The position numbers were made by a program, and so were the translations under genes. The notes beneath the pieces are model-generated. The model did not search any database. It was not told where the DNA came from and was given only the letters and a program-made list of their open reading frames with translations. 64,000 nt of DNA. Source: Actinomycetota bacterium. GTDB lineage: Bacteria > Actinomycetota > UBA4738 > HRBIN12. The stretch covers positions 12,786 through 76,785 of the forward strand of contig JBBEAY010000023.1 in assembly GCA_040882605.1 (NCBI GenBank). The letters run 5' to 3'. Positions 26,295 through 35,455 of this stretch are shown here, one piece after another. How positions within the stretch are numbered: position 1 is the stretch's first letter; each line of letters begins with the position of its first letter.

Positions 26295-26833
26295 GGCTCG
26301 TCGACCTCCTCGGCGCCGAGCAGCTCGCGGAGCTTCGCTCGGCCGCGGTGGATGTGCACGCGTACCGTCACCGCTGCGATGCCCATGCGCCGCGCGACTT
26401 CCTCGACCGGAAGGTCGACCTCGTAGCGCAACACGATCGCGGCGCGTTGGTTCGGCGATAGGCGGCGGAGCGCCGCCAACAGCCCGGCGACGTCGGGCGG
26501 ATCGGCGGGCACGTCGGGCTCCAGCGGAGGGCGGCGGCGTTCCGCGCGCAGCTCGTTCGCGGCCAGCCGGAACGCGGTGCGGAACAGGTACGGCACGGGC
26601 TCGCGCACATCGTCGGCCCGCGCGATGGCTCGCGCGAACGACTCGGACACGACCTCGTCGGCGATGTCGCGACGTCCGCCCGTGTAGGCGTAGATCGCGC
26701 GGAAGAGGCCCGGCCCGTGGTCGCGGTAGACGCGTTCGAAGTCGTTCCGGGCCGCGGTGCCGGGCTGCACGAGTTCCACCTCGCTGCCGACCGGCTGCTC
26801 ATCGATCGTGCCCTCCTTCACGGTGGCCATCAT
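26291..26833 (-). CDS. ECF (sigma-70 family group 4) RNA polymerase sigma factor
   Basis: Trimmed to the MMATVKEG start. Region 2 (FERVYRDHGPGLFRAIYAYTGGRRDIADEVVSESF) and region 4 (LSPNQRAAIVLRYEVDLPVEEVARRMG). Confidence 0.8.
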   Translation of the reverse strand: MMATVKEGTIDEQPVGSEVELVQPGTAARNDFERVYRDHGPGLFRAIYAYTGGRRDIADEVVSESFARAIARADDVREPVPYLFRTAFRLAANELRAERRRPPLEPDVPADPPDVAGLLAALRRLSPNQRAAIVLRYEVDLPVEEVARRMGIAAVTVRVHIHRGRAKLRELLGAEEVDEP

Positions 26834-26911
26834 CACGCCGGCGTGCACGGTTCGCACCTCACGCAACGACAGAGCGCCGAGGAGGGGAGTTCGTTTACAA
26901 CGCGCGGTCGA

Positions 26912-27244
26912 TCAGGCCGGCACGGAGGAAGCCTCGGACCGCGCGCTGGTCCCCTCCAGCTCAACGCGCAGCTCAGCGCCGTATCGACGCACGGCCTCGT
27001 CGAGTGCATCGCGAAGATGTCCCGCAACGAGCGCTACCGAAGCCTCCGGCGTCTCGGCGTCGACGCCCACCATGAACTCGACGAAGCCCGTCGCCAGGGA
27101 AGCTCCCACGTCCGGATCGATGAGCAACCTCTGCTTCAGCAGTTGGTCGAGCACCTCATCGGTCACTCGGTCCACGGCAGCCTCGTCGACATCACCGTCG
27201 ACGGTCAGTACCGAACCGGTGAACGTGACGTGGAATCGATTCAT
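26912..27244 (-). CDS. Hypothetical acidic protein (110 aa)
   Basis: ATG at 27244 preceded by GGAGG. ATGA overlap with the upstream small gene. No family recognised. Confidence 0.5.
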   Translation of the reverse strand: MNRFHVTFTGSVLTVDGDVDEAAVDRVTDEVLDQLLKQRLLIDPDVGASLATGFVEFMVGVDAETPEASVALVAGHLRDALDEAVRRYGAELRVELEGTSARSEASSVPA

Positions 27245-27465
27245 CAAGACCTCCAACACGGCTGCCGGTTGAACCAGGCCCTGAGGTTCGCCACGTAGTT
27301 CGGATCACTCGGGGTGAGGTGCACCGACCGCTTGTGCTTGCCGGGACACGGACAGTATGCCTTCCAGTAGCCCTTCCTAGGAACCAAGATGCGCCACCCC
27401 GCACGCTCGGCCTCCCTGCAGACGAACTCGATCTCTTTGAGCGGGTGCCGTCTCCGCGCAGCCAT
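27244..27465 (-). CDS. Hypothetical small basic Cys/His-containing protein (73 aa from ATG 27465; 83 aa if TTG 27495)
   Basis: MAARRRHPLKEIEFVCREAERAGWRILVPRKGYWKAYCPCPGKHKRSVHLTPSDPNYVANL.... Only a loose HicA-like layout, and the GSH catalytic motif is absent. Confidence 0.45.
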   Translation of the reverse strand: MAARRRHPLKEIEFVCREAERAGWRILVPRKGYWKAYCPCPGKHKRSVHLTPSDPNYVANLRAWFNRQPCWRS

Positions 27466-27499
27466 CTGCCGACGGTGCGGGGCGAACGGCTTCAAGTCG

Positions 27500-27513
27500 G
27501 TGACTTACGTCAC
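27500..27513. promoter_or_regulatory. Palindrome GTGAC-TTAC-GTCAC (GTGA-N6-TCAC, CRP/FNR-like core)
   Basis: Read directly, 34 nt upstream of the ATG at 27465. In gene orientation ACGTGACGTAAGTCAC, versus ACGTGACGCACGTCAC at the HNH gene. Confidence 0.3.
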
Positions 27514-27708
27514 GTCTGATCCAAGGCTCCCCAACGGCGGGCGAGCAGGACCTCGGCGCTGAACGCACACCTGGAGCTTCGTTCCGTCGACCGACGGCGA
27601 GATCGGGCGCATGCGAACCCTCGAGCCCTGGTCGACGTGGGCGGCGCTGGGAACGGTGTCTACACCGCTAACGCATCCGGCGGGGCGAACACCCGCCATA
27701 CTCGCCGG

Positions 27709-28947
27709 ATGGCCGTTCGGTCCTCCCCCTCCGGGGGCGACGCGCCCTGGTTCAACCCGGGCGTACGGTCGATCGGGCTGGCGAGCTTCCTGTCCGACGT
27801 GGGCCACGAGATTCCGACGTCGTTGTTGCCGAGCTTCCTCACCTCGACGTTGGGCGCGCCCGCGTCGGCGCTCGGACTGATCGAGGGCATCGCCGACGGT
27901 GCTGCCGGTGTTGCGAAGCTCGCCGGCGGGGCGTTGGCCGATGATCCGGAGCGCCGCACCAAAGTCGCGGTCGGCGGGTACGTCACCACCGCGGTGCTCT
28001 CGAGTGGCATCGGGCTCGCGATCGCACCCTGGCAGGTCGCGATGCTGCGAACAGGCGCCTGGGCTGCGCGCGGCATCCGCGGCCCGTCACGGAACGCCCT
28101 GCTGGCCGACATGGTGTCGCCCGAGGCGTACGGTCGCGCCTACGGCTTCGAGCGCATGGCCGACAACCTCGGCGCGATCGCGGGACCGCTGCTCGCGATC
28201 CCGCTGATCGCGCTCATCGGCGTGCGCTCGGCGATGATCGTCTCGATCGTGCCGGGACTGTTCGCGGCGCTCGCGATGTTCACCGCCGTGCGCCGCGTTC
28301 GGCGTCCGACCGCGAGGGATCGACGGCGGATCCGGCTCCAGGTGCGGCCGGTACTCCGGGGAAGTCTCGGGCGCCTGTTCGCAGGCATGGCCGCGTTCGA
28401 GTTCGGGAACTGTGCCGCGACCCTGTTGATCCTGAGGGCGACCGAGCTGCTCCAGCCGGGGCGAGGTCAGGACTCGGCCGCGAGCGTCGCGGTGCTCCTC
28501 TACGTGGTGTACAACGTCGCCGCCACGCTCACGAGCCTTCCGGCCGGTCATCTCGGGGACCGTCGGGGCACGCGACTCGTCCTGCTCGGCGGGGCGAGCG
28601 CGTTCCTCGGGGCGTACCTGGTCTTCGCGGGTGCCGGGCCGAGCGTGCCGGTGCTCGCAGCCGGGTTCGTGCTCGCCGGAGTCGGCATCGGCGCAGCCGA
28701 GACGGCCGAGCACACGGCGGTAGCGACGCGAGCGCCTGAGGGGATCCGCGGCAGCGCGTTCGGACTGCTCGCAGCCTTGCAAAGCGCCGGGAACTTCGCC
28801 GCGAGCGTGCTGGCCGGATTGCTCTGGACGGCCTTCTCCCCCGGTGTCGCGTTCGTCTGGCTCGCCGCGTGGATTCTTGCGGCAGTGCTCGCGTTCGCGA
28901 CGATGCCCAACGGCCACGACCACGCAGCCGACCAGGCGACGGGGTAG
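27709..28947 (+). CDS. MFS transporter
   Basis: Trimmed to the MAVRSSPSGG start. About 12 TM segments and MFS loop motifs (GALADDPERR). Confidence 0.75.
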   Translation: MAVRSSPSGGDAPWFNPGVRSIGLASFLSDVGHEIPTSLLPSFLTSTLGAPASALGLIEGIADGAAGVAKLAGGALADDPERRTKVAVGGYVTTAVLSSGIGLAIAPWQVAMLRTGAWAARGIRGPSRNALLADMVSPEAYGRAYGFERMADNLGAIAGPLLAIPLIALIGVRSAMIVSIVPGLFAALAMFTAVRRVRRPTARDRRRIRLQVRPVLRGSLGRLFAGMAAFEFGNCAATLLILRATELLQPGRGQDSAASVAVLLYVVYNVAATLTSLPAGHLGDRRGTRLVLLGGASAFLGAYLVFAGAGPSVPVLAAGFVLAGVGIGAAETAEHTAVATRAPEGIRGSAFGLLAALQSAGNFAASVLAGLLWTAFSPGVAFVWLAAWILAAVLAFATMPNGHDHAADQATG

Positions 28948-28958
28948 CCTGCCGAACC

Positions 28959-29351
28959 ATGACCGACGCCTACAGGATCGGCGAGGCCGCGAAGGCGCTC
29001 GGGGTTCGCGTCGAGACCTTGCGTCGCTGGGAACGCGACGGAAAGCTGCGGGTCGAACGGACGCCGGGCGGTCAACGGACCGTGCCCGCCGTCGAGGTGG
29101 CGCGCCTGCTCGCCGAGCACCGACATGACGAGCCGATCGCGGCCGCAAGCGCCAGGAACCGCTTCCCCGGTGTGATCACCGACGTCAAGCGCGACGGGCT
29201 CGCAGCAACCGTGGAGATCCAGGCCGGTCCACATCGGGTGCTGGCGTTCATCACCCGTGAAGCCGCCGACCAGCTCGGCCTCGAGGCCGGCATGGAAGCC
29301 GTCGCCACGGTGAAGGCGACCAGCGTGATGGTCAATCTTTCGAACGACTGA
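28959..29351 (+). CDS. MerR/excisionase-type HTH + TOBE (Mop) domain regulator, ModE-like
   Basis: YRIGEAAKALGVRVETLRRWERDGKL HTH and the C-terminal SARNRFPGVITDVKRDGLAATVEI...ATVKATSVMV TOBE fold. It lies directly upstream of modABC. Confidence 0.75.
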   Translation: MTDAYRIGEAAKALGVRVETLRRWERDGKLRVERTPGGQRTVPAVEVARLLAEHRHDEPIAAASARNRFPGVITDVKRDGLAATVEIQAGPHRVLAFITREAADQLGLEAGMEAVATVKATSVMVNLSND

Positions 29352-29399
29352 ACGATAGGTTTCCCTTGCTATCAAGGCGGCGAAGGCTGGTATCGTTCG

Positions 29400-30167
29400 G
29401 TGATGCAGCGCTTCCTCGCTTTCCTCCTCGTTGTGCCCATGGTGGCGGCATGCGGAGGTGAATCTGCAGATGACACCACCCAGCTCACCGTCTTCGCGGG
29501 GTCGTCACTGACGGTTGCGTTCACCGATCGCATCGGGCCTAACTTCGAGGCAGCCCATGAAGGGGCCACTGTCGTCTTCAACTTCGGGGCCTCCGATTCA
29601 CTGGCAGCGCAGATCCAGAGCGAAGGTTCGGCCGACGTCTTCGCGAGCGCCAGCGGCACGTGGATGGACGCCGTCGAGGAGGATCCCGGCGTCAGCGACC
29701 GGAACGACTTCGTGCAGAACCGGCTCGTGATCATCACTCCGACCGACAACCCGGCCGGCATCGCATCGACCGACGATCTCGCAACGTCGGGTGTGCAGCT
29801 CGTGCTCGCCGCCGAGGGCGTGCCCGTCGGCGACTATTCGCGCGAAGCCCTCGACAACGCGGGCATCCTCGCCGACGCAGAGGCCAACGTCGTCTCCAAC
29901 GAGGAGGACAACGCGAGCGTGGTCGCGAAGATCACCGCGGGCGAGGCCGACGCCGGCATCGTGTACGAGTCCGACATCTCGGCGGCCGCCGGTAACGACG
30001 TCGCGGCGATCGAGATCCCCGACGACACGAACGTGATCGCGACGTATCCGATCGCGGTCGTCACCGGAGCCTCGAACGCGGATCTCGCAGTCGAGTTCGT
30101 CGCCTACGTGACGGGCCCCGAGGGCCAGGCCGCTCTCACGGAATACGGATTCGAACCGATCACCTGA
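29400..30167 (+). CDS. modA: Molybdate ABC transporter substrate-binding lipoprotein
   Basis: Signal peptide with lipobox (VAAC). FAGSSLT...NFGASD...VFASA ModA motifs. Confidence 0.85.
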   Translation: MMQRFLAFLLVVPMVAACGGESADDTTQLTVFAGSSLTVAFTDRIGPNFEAAHEGATVVFNFGASDSLAAQIQSEGSADVFASASGTWMDAVEEDPGVSDRNDFVQNRLVIITPTDNPAGIASTDDLATSGVQLVLAAEGVPVGDYSREALDNAGILADAEANVVSNEEDNASVVAKITAGEADAGIVYESDISAAAGNDVAAIEIPDDTNVIATYPIAVVTGASNADLAVEFVAYVTGPEGQAALTEYGFEPIT

Positions 30168-30171
30168 CGCC

Positions 30172-30954
30172 ATGCGCGCGCGGACCCCACTTCCCCTGTG
30201 GATCCTGGCCGGCACCGGCGCGGTGTTCGTCGCGCTACCGCTGAGCGCCCTGCTGATCCGTGCTCCCTGGGGTGATCTCGGTACCGCCCTCACCGGCGTA
30301 GGGGCCGGCACGGCGTTCCGGCTGTCGATCGTGGTGTCGCTCGTTGCGACCGGGCTCTCGCTCCTGCTCGGCGTACCGCTCGCCTGGGTCTTGGCTCGCG
30401 CGCCGATCCCCGGGCGTTCCGTGCTGCGAGCGATCGTGGTGCTGCCTGTCGTGCTTCCCCCGGTCGTGGGCGGGCTCGGACTGCTCCAAGCCCTCGGGCG
30501 CGGCGGCGTGATCGGGCGCTGGCTCTACGAGGGCCTGGGCGTGCAGCTCACGTTCACGATCTGGGGAGCGATCGCGGCGACCACGTTCGTCTCGATGCCG
30601 CTGGTGGTGCTGGCGACTGAGTCGGGGCTGCGCTCGATCGACCGCCGGTACGAGCGCGCGGCCGCGGCGCTCGGCGCGAGCCCGGCGTATTCGATCCGGC
30701 GCATCGTGCTCCCGATGCTCGCGCCCCAGCTGGCGGCCGGCGCGGTGCTCGCATGGGCGCGGGCACTCGGGGAGTTCGGCGCCACGATCACGTTCGCCGG
30801 CAACTTCGCCGGGCGCACCCAGACGCTTCCGCTCGCGGTGTACGAGGCGCGACTGACCGATCCCGGTGGAGCGATCCTGCTCTCGCTGCTGTTGGTCGCG
30901 CTGTCGTTGGGCGTGCTGGTCGCGATGCGCGACCGCATCACGCAGGCGCGCTGA
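30172..30954 (+). CDS. modB: Molybdate ABC transporter permease
   Basis: EAA-loop region ALGASPAYSIRRIVLPML and FAGNFAGRTQTLPLAVY, typical of ModB. Confidence 0.85.
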   Translation: MRARTPLPLWILAGTGAVFVALPLSALLIRAPWGDLGTALTGVGAGTAFRLSIVVSLVATGLSLLLGVPLAWVLARAPIPGRSVLRAIVVLPVVLPPVVGGLGLLQALGRGGVIGRWLYEGLGVQLTFTIWGAIAATTFVSMPLVVLATESGLRSIDRRYERAAAALGASPAYSIRRIVLPMLAPQLAAGAVLAWARALGEFGATITFAGNFAGRTQTLPLAVYEARLTDPGGAILLSLLLVALSLGVLVAMRDRITQAR

Positions 30955-30959
30955 GCGAC

Positions 30960-32060
30960 ATGGGCCTGCATGCCGACTTCGTCGCCCGTCGCGATCGGTT
31001 CGAGGTTGCCATTGTGCTCGATGTCGCCGACGGCGAAACCCTCGCGCTGCTCGGTCCGAACGGCGCCGGCAAGTCCACGATCGTCGATGCCCTCACCGGC
31101 ACATTAGAGCTGGCCGAGGGCGCGATCGAGCTCAACGGCGAGCGCATCGACCGGTTGCCACCCGAGCAGCGCCCGATCGGGGTGTGCTTCCAGGACGATC
31201 TGTTGTTCCCGCGGCTCTCGGCGCTCGAGAACGTCGCATTTCCGCTGCGGGCTCGGAGGACGGCGAAGGCCATCGCCCGCGCACGCGCGCAAGAGCTGCT
31301 CACCCGGCTCGCTCCCAGTGTCGACCCCGGCGCGGCGCCCCGGTCGCTCTCGGGGGGCGAGCGGCAGCGGGTCGCCCTGGCGCGCGCGCTCGCGCCCGAG
31401 CCACGCCTGCTGCTGCTCGACGAGCCGTTCGCAAACGTCGACGTCTCGGCTCGGCCGGGGCTGCGCGCGCTCGTCCGCGAGGTGGCCCGCACCTTCGGCG
31501 GAGCGACCGTGCTGATCGCGCACGATCCGCTCGATGCGCTCACCCTCGCCGACCGGGTCACCCTGCTCGAGGAAGGCCGCCAGACCCAGACCGGCGCCCC
31601 CGAGCAGATCAGGAACGCGCCGGGCTCGGCTTACGCGGCCGACCTGGTGGGCGTGAACCTGTTCGCCGGCGTGCTCGAGCCGCTCCCCGACGGCGCGGCG
31701 ACGCTCAGGACCGCCGATGGCGAGCTCACGGTGGCGCCCGATGCCCCGGTCGGCCGTGGAGCGCGAGCACTCGCCACCCTCAAGCCGATCGACGTGTCGC
31801 TGCACGCGCGCGAGCCCGAGGGATCGGCGCGCAACGTCTTCCGCGGCACGATCTCGGAGATAGCGATCGACGGCGATCGCGCGAGGGTACGCATCGACAC
31901 CCGGCCGCCGCTCACCGCCGAGATCACCGCCGGATCGGTGGCCCGCATGGGGCTGCGTGTCGGAGTCGAGGTATGGGCCAGCTTCAAGGCCGTGGAGGTG
32001 TCATTGCAGATCGAGAGCCTCGCCGACGACACTCCCCCAGCCGGTACCCTTGCTCGGTGA
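30960..32060 (+). CDS. modC: Molybdate ABC transporter ATP-binding protein with C-terminal TOBE domain
   Basis: Trimmed to the MGLHADF start. GPNGAGKST, LSGGERQRVALARAL, LLLLDEPF, and a TOBE-like tail (RVRIDTRPPLTAEIT). Confidence 0.85.
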   Translation: MGLHADFVARRDRFEVAIVLDVADGETLALLGPNGAGKSTIVDALTGTLELAEGAIELNGERIDRLPPEQRPIGVCFQDDLLFPRLSALENVAFPLRARRTAKAIARARAQELLTRLAPSVDPGAAPRSLSGGERQRVALARALAPEPRLLLLDEPFANVDVSARPGLRALVREVARTFGGATVLIAHDPLDALTLADRVTLLEEGRQTQTGAPEQIRNAPGSAYAADLVGVNLFAGVLEPLPDGAATLRTADGELTVAPDAPVGRGARALATLKPIDVSLHAREPEGSARNVFRGTISEIAIDGDRARVRIDTRPPLTAEITAGSVARMGLRVGVEVWASFKAVEVSLQIESLADDTPPAGTLAR

Positions 32061-32719
32061 AAACCACCGAACGCGACACCCTCGAAGCGCCCGAGCCGGG
32101 CAAGGACGACCCGAAGAGCCACAAGAAGCACCGCAACCCGCTCGTGCAGTTCATCGGCGAGCTGCCCGGGCTGATCGTCATGGCGTTCGTGCTGGCGTTG
32201 CTCATCAAGACCTTCCTGGTTCAGGCGTTCTTCATCCCGTCTGGGTCGATGGAACCGACGCTGGTGCCCGGTGACCGCGTGCTCGTGCTGAAGGTGCCGT
32301 ACTACTTCGGCGACCCCGATCACGGCGATATCGTCGTGTTCGAGGATCCCGATCCGAGCGGCCAAGCCGACCGCGGGGTCGTCGGCGGGTTCTTCCACTG
32401 GATGTTCGAGGGGCTCGGGGTGCAACGCCCTGACAACGAGGACTTCATCAAGCGCGTGATCGGCACGCCGGGCGACGTCGTCTACGGTCGCGGCGGGCAG
32501 GTGTTCGTCAACGACGAGCCGATCGACGAGCCGTACCTGACGCAGCCCACGGAGAGGTTCGACAAGTTCAAGGTGCCGCCGGGCGAGCTGTTCGTGATGG
32601 GCGACAACCGCGGGAACTCCCTCGACTCCCGCTTCTCGCTCGGGTTCGTGCCCATCGACAAGGTGATCGGCAAGGCCGAGATCGTGATCTGGCCTCCGGG
32701 CGACCTGAGTCTTATCTAG
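32057..32719 (+). CDS. lepB: Signal peptidase I
   Basis: This is the C-terminal part of the 617-aa artefactual ORF. GTG start overlaps the modC stop (GTGA). SGSMEPTL, KRVIGTPGD and GDNRGNSLDSR boxes. Confidence 0.85.
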   Translation: MKTTERDTLEAPEPGKDDPKSHKKHRNPLVQFIGELPGLIVMAFVLALLIKTFLVQAFFIPSGSMEPTLVPGDRVLVLKVPYYFGDPDHGDIVVFEDPDPSGQADRGVVGGFFHWMFEGLGVQRPDNEDFIKRVIGTPGDVVYGRGGQVFVNDEPIDEPYLTQPTERFDKFKVPPGELFVMGDNRGNSLDSRFSLGFVPIDKVIGKAEIVIWPPGDLSLI

Positions 32720-32730
32720 TCTCGACTGGA

Positions 32731-34912
32731 CTACTGCCCGGTGCTGTCACCTCGGAGTCGGCTTCCCAGCCCGCCGAAGAGCGGATCTCGAGCTCGCGGG
32801 CCGATCGGCTGCTCGCCCGGTACGAACAGTCGCGCGAATGACCAAACGATCGCGGCGATGCCGAACCCGGCCAGCCACACGATCAGCGGCGGATCGTCGA
32901 GTGCGAAGAACGTCTGGCTCGGCCCCCAGGAGAGCGCGGCCACGGACAGCGCCGCCATCGACCAGATCAGCATGAGCCGGGAGCGCATGAGTGGCGCCGC
33001 GAGGATCGACAGCACGAGGAAGCCGATCCACGTGAGCACCATGAGCGCGGTCGTCTGCGCCTGCACGAGCGTGACGCCTGCTTCCTTACGGGCCAGGGTG
33101 TACGCGAGCAGGGTCGCGGTCGCGGCGAGCGTGCCGGTCGGGATCGCGAACCGAAGCACGCGGCGCACGAACCCCGCTCGGAACCGGTCGGCGTTGGGCG
33201 CGAGCGCCAGGAAGAACGACGGGATGCCGATCGTGATCGCGCCGATCAGCGTCAGGTGCCGCGGCAGGAACGGGAAGACGAATCCGAGCACGCCGGTCGT
33301 GAGCGAGATCAGCATCGCGTAGACGGTCTTGTTGAGGTAGAGCCCGCTCGTGCGCTCGATGTTTCCCGAGCACGCGGCGTCCTTCGGCGACCACGGGCGG
33401 CAGGGAGTCGAACGTTGAGTCGAGCAATACGAGCTGGGCCACGGCGCGTGTGGCGTCGCTTCCCGACCCCATCGCGACGCCTACGTCGGCCTCCTTCAGC
33501 GCGAGCGCGTCATTCACACCGTCGCCGGTCATCGCGACCGTGTGTCCGTGCTGCTGCAGAGCCTGCACCATCGCCCGCTTCTGCTGTGGAGTGACCCGGC
33601 CGAACACGGAGTGCGTCTCGAGCACGCCGGCGAGCTCGTCGACGTCGTCGGGCAGCTCACGCGCATCGATCGGTTCGTCGGCGCCCTCGAGCCCGAGCCT
33701 CGTCGCGATCGCTCCCACCGTGCGCGGATCGTCGCCCGAGATCACTTTGACGGTGACGCTCTGTTCCGCGAAGTAGCGCAGCGTCTCGGCGGCGTCGGAG
33801 CGCGGACGGTCGCCGAGCACGACCAGCCCGGCGGGCTCAAGATCCGCGGGAAGCCGATCGTCGTCGAGCGACGACGCCCTCGCGACGAGCAGCACGCGAT
33901 GGCCCTCATCGGCGAGATGTCGCACCCGCTCAGGAAGGGCCGGGTCGCCATCGACCGCCGAGAGCATCACGTCGGGCGCACCCAGGAACCAGGCGCCGTG
34001 TCCATCGAACGCCGACGCACTCCACTTCCGCGACGAGGAGAACGGCACGCCACCGGTGGTGTGCCAGCCCGGCACCTCGTGAAAGCGCTCCGCGATGGAG
34101 CTCGTCGTGGCGTTGGGCGACGGATCGGCGGCGGCGAGCGCGGCGAGGACCCGGCCGAACACATCTTCGTCTCCGTCGACCGGCTTTACCTGTTGCACCG
34201 TGAGCTTGCCCTCCGTGAGGGTGCCGGTCTTGTCGATACAGAGCATGTCGACGCGTGCGAGCCCCTCGACAGCGGGGAGCCCCTGGACCAGCACCTGCCG
34301 CTGAGCCAGACGCCTGACAGCCACGGCGAACGCAAGCGAGGTGAGCAGCACCAGGCCCTCGGGCACCATCGCGACGGTTCCCGCGACCGCGCCCGAGGCA
34401 GCCTCACGCCAGTCATCACGGGCACGCAGCTGGCTGAAGAACAACAGCCCCGCGGTCGGCACGATCGCGATCGTCACGTAGGTGAGGATCGTGTCGATGC
34501 CCGAACGAAGCTCCGAGCGGGTGAGGCTGAACCTGCGGACGTCCTCGACGATCTGGGCGGCGTACGCCTCTGCGCCGACCCGGCTCGCCCGGTACCGGCC
34601 GGCGCCGGCCACCACGAACGAGCCGCTCGCGCGCAACTCCTGCACGATGCCGATGGCGGCGTTCGCGATCAGGACCAGCCCGAATAGCGCGTCCTGAAGT
34701 GGACCCACCACGAGGATGATCGCGAGCATCGCGCCGAGGATCGCGTTGAACCGGGTGAGCACGTTGGCGTGCACGATCTGGGCGACCGTTCGCGTCGGCA
34801 CCGCCGGCACGTCGTTGACCTGTCCGAGCGCCACCCGCTCCGCGACCTCGGCGGTCGTCAACCCTCGTTGTGGATCGACGTGAGGCGCCTCGGTCGCGGT
34901 GGTCGCTGTCAT
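32731..34912 (-). pseudogene. HAD-IC family cation-translocating P-type ATPase, frameshifted and lacking most of the actuator domain
   Basis: DKTGTLTEG, MTGDGVNDALALKEADVGVAMGSG and PEGL are present. The reading frame breaks at the A3/T3 run 33362-33364: ...RRVLG|NIERTSGLYLNKTVYAMLISL continues in ORF 32731-33315. IVQELRA joins directly to SGSFVVAG, so there is no TGES motif. Confidence 0.7.
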
Positions 34913-34941
34913 GCCCGCGGAGCGTAACGGGCTAGGCTGGC

Positions 34942-35355
34942 ATGGTGCGAGGGCTGTTGATCGCGCTGGGCATCGTGGCAGCCATCTGGGTGGTCGCGAT
35001 CGCCGCGCTGTGGTTCTTCGGCAGGAAGGTCGCGGCGTTGCAGCTCGCGCGCGCGATCCCCGACCTGGTCGCGCTCTGCCGCGGGCTCATGCGCGACCCG
35101 CGGGTGCCGCTCGGCTCGAAGCTGCTCGTCGGCGGCGCGCTCGTGTGGGTGCTCTCGCCCATCGACCTCGTGCCGGAGTTCCTCCCGCTGCTCGGCCCGC
35201 TCGACGACGTTATCGTCGTCGGACTCGTGCTTCGTCATCTGATCAAGCGAGCCGGCGTCGAGGTCGTGCAGGAACATTGGCGCGGCGATCCTCGGGTGCT
35301 GCGCACGGCGCTGAGACTGGCCGGCCATCGCCCTCCATCTGAACCGACTTCGTGA
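34942..35355 (+). CDS. DUF1232 (YkvA-like) membrane protein
   Basis: 137 aa. The motif LSPIDLVPEFLPLLGPLDDV is characteristic of DUF1232. Confidence 0.65.
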   Translation: MVRGLLIALGIVAAIWVVAIAALWFFGRKVAALQLARAIPDLVALCRGLMRDPRVPLGSKLLVGGALVWVLSPIDLVPEFLPLLGPLDDVIVVGLVLRHLIKRAGVEVVQEHWRGDPRVLRTALRLAGHRPPSEPTS

Positions 35356-35455
35356 GCGTGACGCCTATCGACCCCAAGCAGGAGCGACAGCAGGCCGTCG
35401 CCCTATTCAACGAGGTGTGGGCGTAGCTCGATCCCGGCGCGGGTAGCGTTCGGAC

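Noticed and set aside
26912-27495. Confident HicA/HicB toxin-antitoxin label
   Set aside because: The gene order and sizes fit, but the HicA GSH catalytic motif and the HicB N-terminal pattern are not present. I kept it only as an unclassified two-gene module.
30866-32056. N-terminal 397 codons of the 617-aa ORF ending at 32719
   Set aside because: This stretch is an out-of-frame read-through of modC (Arg-rich). Only the last 220 codons, from the GTG at 32057, are LepB.
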